Shown here: piece by piece, positions 17,181 to 20,033 of the stretch
Numbering within the stretch: the stretch's first letter is position 1
How the letters are laid out: every line of letters begins with the position of its first letter
Origin: Nitrospinota bacterium
GTDB taxonomy: Bacteria > UBA8248
Length of the DNA: 20,033 bases
Assembly (NCBI GenBank): GCA_030754595.1
Contig: JASLZZ010000064.1
Location: 1-20,033, forward strand
Reading direction: 5' to 3'
Notes under the pieces: model-generated
Seen by the model: only the letters and a program-made list of their open reading frames with translations
Database searches by the model: none
Told to the model about the DNA's origin: nothing
Translations under genes and position numbers: made by a program

Positions 17181-18788
17181 CTAGAACCTGAACTGGCTCG
17201 CGCGGCGCCCGGGCAGGGGCGCGTTGAAGGCGGCCGAGAGGCCGAGGGCCAACGCGCGGCGGGTCTCGGCCGGGTCGAGGATGCCGTCGTCCCAGAGCCG
17301 GGCGCTGCTGTAGTAGGGGTGCCCCTGGCGCTCGTACTGTTCGAGGATGGGGGCGACGATGGCCTCTTCTTCCCCGGCGCTCATGGTTTCGCCCCCGCGC
17401 GCCATCCGGTCGCGGCGGACGGTGGTGAGGACGCCGGCCGCCTGCTGGCCGCCCATGACCGAGATGCGCGCGCCGGGCCACATCCAGAGCATGTGGGGCT
17501 CGTAGGCGCGCCCGCACATGCCGTAATTCCCCGCCCCGAACGAGCCGCCCGCGATGAGGGTGAACTTGGGGACGCGGGCGTTCGAGACGGCCTGGACCAT
17601 CTTGGCTCCGTCCTTGGCGATGCCGCCCGCCTCGTAGCGGCTGCCGACCATGAAGCCGGTGATGTTCTGAAGAAAGACGAGCGGGACGCCGCGCCGGTCG
17701 CAAAGCTCGATGAAGTGGGTCGCCTTGAGGGCGGACTCGCTGAAGAGGACGGCGTTGTTCCCCAGAATCCCGACGGGGATTCCCTCGATGCGGGCGAAGC
17801 CGCAGACGAGGGTCGTTCCGTAGAGCTTCTTGAACTCGCCGAAGCGGCTTCCGTCCACGAGCCGGGCGATGACCTCGCGCATCTCAAAAGGCTGTCGCAG
17901 GTCGGTGGGCAGGATGCCGTAGAGCTCCTCGGGGTCGTAGGCGGGCGGCTCGGGAGGCTCCACCGGGAAAGGGAATTTTTTCTCATGGGGTATCGCCTCG
18001 ACGATCTCCCGCGCGATGCGCAGAGCGTCGGCGTCGTCCTCGGCCATGTGGTCGGTCACCCCCGAGGTGGTGCAGTGAACTTCGGCCCCGCCCAAGGTCT
18101 CGGCATCCACCTCCTCGCCCGTGGCGGCCTTCACGAGCGGCGGGCCGGCGAGAAAAATCGTCCCCTGCCCGCGGACGATGACGGCCTCCTCGCACATCGC
18201 CGGGACGTAGGCGCCCCCCGCCGTACAGCTTCCCATCACGACTGCGATCTGGGGGATGCCCTCGGCCGACATGCGCGCCTGGTTGTAGAAGATGCGTCCG
18301 AAATGATCCCGGTCGGGGAACACCTCGTCCTGAAGCGGCAGGAACGCGCCGCCCGAATCGACGAGATAGATGCAGGGAAGCCGAAAGCGCCGGGCGATCT
18401 CCTGGGCCCGGAGGTGTTTTTTCACAGTGAGGGGAAAATAGGTGCCGCCCTTGACGGTGGCGTCGTTGGCGACGACCACCGCCTCGCGCCCCGAGACGCG
18501 CCCGACGCCGGTCACGATTCCCGCGGCGGGCACCGGCGAGTCGTACACTTCATGAGCGGCGAGTGGGGAGAGTTCGAGAAACGAGCTGCCCGGGTCGATG
18601 AGATGCCGCACCCGGTCGCGGACGGGAATTTTTCCCCGCTCTATGTGCTGGGCGGCGGATTCGGGGGAGCCGCCCCCGGCCGCCTCGGCGAGCTTTTCGC
18701 CCAGATCCTCGATCAGGGCCCGGTAGGCGCGCTCGCGCTCCCGGAACCCGGGGTCCGAGGTTTTCACCGAAGAGGGGATCTTTTCCAT
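17181..18788 (-). CDS. mccB: Carboxyltransferase, methylcrotonyl-CoA carboxylase beta subunit
   Basis: [67 protein letters not shown] and SSARLWDDG are LiuB/MccB-type signatures. Confidence 0.92.
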   Translation of the reverse strand: MEKIPSSVKTSDPGFRERERAYRALIEDLGEKLAEAAGGGSPESAAQHIERGKIPVRDRVRHLIDPGSSFLELSPLAAHEVYDSPVPAAGIVTGVGRVSGREAVVVANDATVKGGTYFPLTVKKHLRAQEIARRFRLPCIYLVDSGGAFLPLQDEVFPDRDHFGRIFYNQARMSAEGIPQIAVVMGSCTAGGAYVPAMCEEAVIVRGQGTIFLAGPPLVKAATGEEVDAETLGGAEVHCTTSGVTDHMAEDDADALRIAREIVEAIPHEKKFPFPVEPPEPPAYDPEELYGILPTDLRQPFEMREVIARLVDGSRFGEFKKLYGTTLVCGFARIEGIPVGILGNNAVLFSESALKATHFIELCDRRGVPLVFLQNITGFMVGSRYEAGGIAKDGAKMVQAVSNARVPKFTLIAGGSFGAGNYGMCGRAYEPHMLWMWPGARISVMGGQQAAGVLTTVRRDRMARGGETMSAGEEEAIVAPILEQYERQGHPYYSSARLWDDGILDPAETRRALALGLSAAFNAPLPGRRASQFRF

Positions 18789-18791
18789 CCT

Positions 18792-19433
18792 TCAGCCCTT
18801 CCCGCCACCGTCCGCCCACCAGCAATCCCGCATGAACGCCTTGTAGTCCTCGGGGTCGATGGAGGTGGATTTCGTGAAAAGGTCCATGACCGGAGACTCC
18901 TCGATGTCCACCTGAAGCGAATCGACGAAGCGGTTCCAGAAGTTGAAAAACCCCGAAACCATCGTTATCTCGACGATCTGGGCCTCGTTGTAGTGGCTCT
19001 TCAACTCATCGAAGGCGCCGGGATTCTCGCGGAATGTCAGATCGGTCAGGTGCTCCGCCCAGATGAGGGCGGCTTTCTCCGCCGGCGAGAAAAGATCCGA
19101 GCTCCGGTGGTCGCCCTCGACGGTCTCAATCAACTCGTTGCTCATGCCCAGCGCCCGGCCGAGCGTAACGTTGTGCCCCGTTCAGTAGCGGCACCCGTTC
19201 AGGGTCGATGTCTTGAGGATGACGAGCGTCTTCGTCCGCACGTCGAGGACGCCAGTGATCACTTCCCGGAGGGAGGCCACGATGAATCCGAAAATCGACT
19301 GGGCGAGCTTCGGGGAGTGCGACGCCACGCGCATGGCATTGGCAACCCGGCCGAACATCCGCTCGCTGTGCCTGAACATGACGCGGGCCTCGGGGGAAGC
19401 CGCCTCATCGGAAAGAATGGGAATCAACGACAT
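18792..19433 (-). CDS. AhpD/carboxymuconolactone-decarboxylase-like putative selenoprotein (213 aa, Sec at TGA 19184-19182)
   Basis: ATG 19433 with GAGGAG RBS. ORFs 19182-19523 and 18792-19145 are in frame and join through TGA as STLNG-C-R-Y-U-T-G-H-NVTLGRALGM, the AhpD CxxCxxH motif. The C-terminal half has FSPAEKAAL.WAE.LT and QIVEI....GFFNFWNRF. Confidence 0.88.
19146..19164 (-). promoter_or_regulatory. Candidate bacterial SECIS element
   Basis: GCUCGGC-CGGGC-GCUGGGC forms a 7-bp stem (2 G-U pairs) starting 17 nt after the UGA, with a G-containing apical loop. Folded by eye. Confidence 0.55.
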
Positions 19434-19595
19434 CGAATCGCTCCTCGAAAAGAATCGGCCATCCGGGCGGACCCAGAGGGCCGCACCGGATGGGGACGGC
19501 TTTTCTGAATCGGTGAGGAGCATTGTAGCGTCTGGGGGCCAACAAGAAAATCCGCTTCACCGGGGAAGGCGAAGCGGCGGGCGGCCCGAAAGGGA

Positions 19596-19898
19596 TCAGT
19601 CAGTCAGAAAGGGATGATGGGGGAATTCCCAGATTTTCATGTCCTCGGTCATTTCGGCCTCCCGCTTCGTGGGGCGAACGACCCAGAGGGTGGCCGGCGC
19701 TCTTTTCATCAACTGGATCGCCATGCTTCCGTAGGAGCCCTTGCTCAATCGGGGGGTGGTGTGGGAGGCGATGATGAGATACTGGGCGCCGGCGTGTCTC
19801 ACGAATTTTTTGATTTCTCCGGCGGGCTCACCTCACAGAATGTGCCCTCGCGCGTGAATCCCCGACGAGCGAAGCGGCTCGATAAACCGGCAGAGCTT
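19596..19898 (-). pseudogene. Universal stress protein C-terminal remnant, IS-truncated, with nonsense codon
   Basis: Reads KLCRFIEPLRSSGIHARGHIL*GEPAGEIKKFVRHAGAQYLIIASH...YGSMAIQLMKRAPATLWVVRP, the USP pattern G.P..EI / LII.SH / GS.A..L...AP...VV. TGA at 19835-19833. Confidence 0.75.
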
Positions 19899-20033
19899 TG
19901 ACCTCCCCCCAATAGTTGTACCACTAGCTACGAGAGTCCTGGAACCATGGACGAAGGGCGAAGCGGAGCGAAGCCCGGAGGCCATGGTTCTTTTGTTTCA
20001 GGAGCTGGAGGCCGATAGCCTAGCGAGCTGTGC
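19899..20033 (-). mobile_element. IS3-family element right end, runs off window end
   Basis: Begins TGACCTCCCCCCAATAGTTGTACCA. 7 differences from 2235-2369 over 135 nt by manual comparison. Confidence 0.92.

Noticed and set aside
16476..19508. 1010-aa plus-strand ORF
   Set aside because: Antisense shadow of the carboxylase and AhpD-like genes in GC-rich DNA. It has no recognisable motifs, while the minus strand carries clear family signatures.
19833..19835. In-frame TGA in the USP remnant as a second selenocysteine
   Set aside because: The position is not a Cys site in USPs (IL[R]GEP, so CGA>TGA is likely) and the gene is already IS-truncated.

Overview
GC-rich bacterial window, probably a contig broken at repeats. 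It is bracketed and punctuated by four diverged pieces of one IS3-family element (1-141, 2235-2674, 5566-5680, 19899-20033), and each piece abuts a truncated gene. Intact genes are mostly catabolic or redox: RidA, MmgE/PrpD, cold-shock protein, PPOX-like FMN-binding protein, lipoprotein cytochrome c', family III CoA-transferase, LLM oxidoreductase, VOC protein, M20/AbgB-like amidohydrolase, alpha/beta hydrolase, a short protein kinase and a methylcrotonyl-CoA-carboxylase-like operon. The best finding is a likely selenoprotein that the ORF track splits in two. It is an AhpD/CMD-like gene (19433-18792) whose in-frame TGA falls in the CxxC motif (C-R-Y-U-T-G-H), is followed by a SECIS-like hairpin, and sits 3 nt upstream of the carboxylase genes. 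Other in-frame stops (two TAG, one TGA) and a frameshift look like gene decay. All five intact IS termini fall on codon boundaries of the genes they interrupt. Family calls come from motif recognition only; no searches were run.
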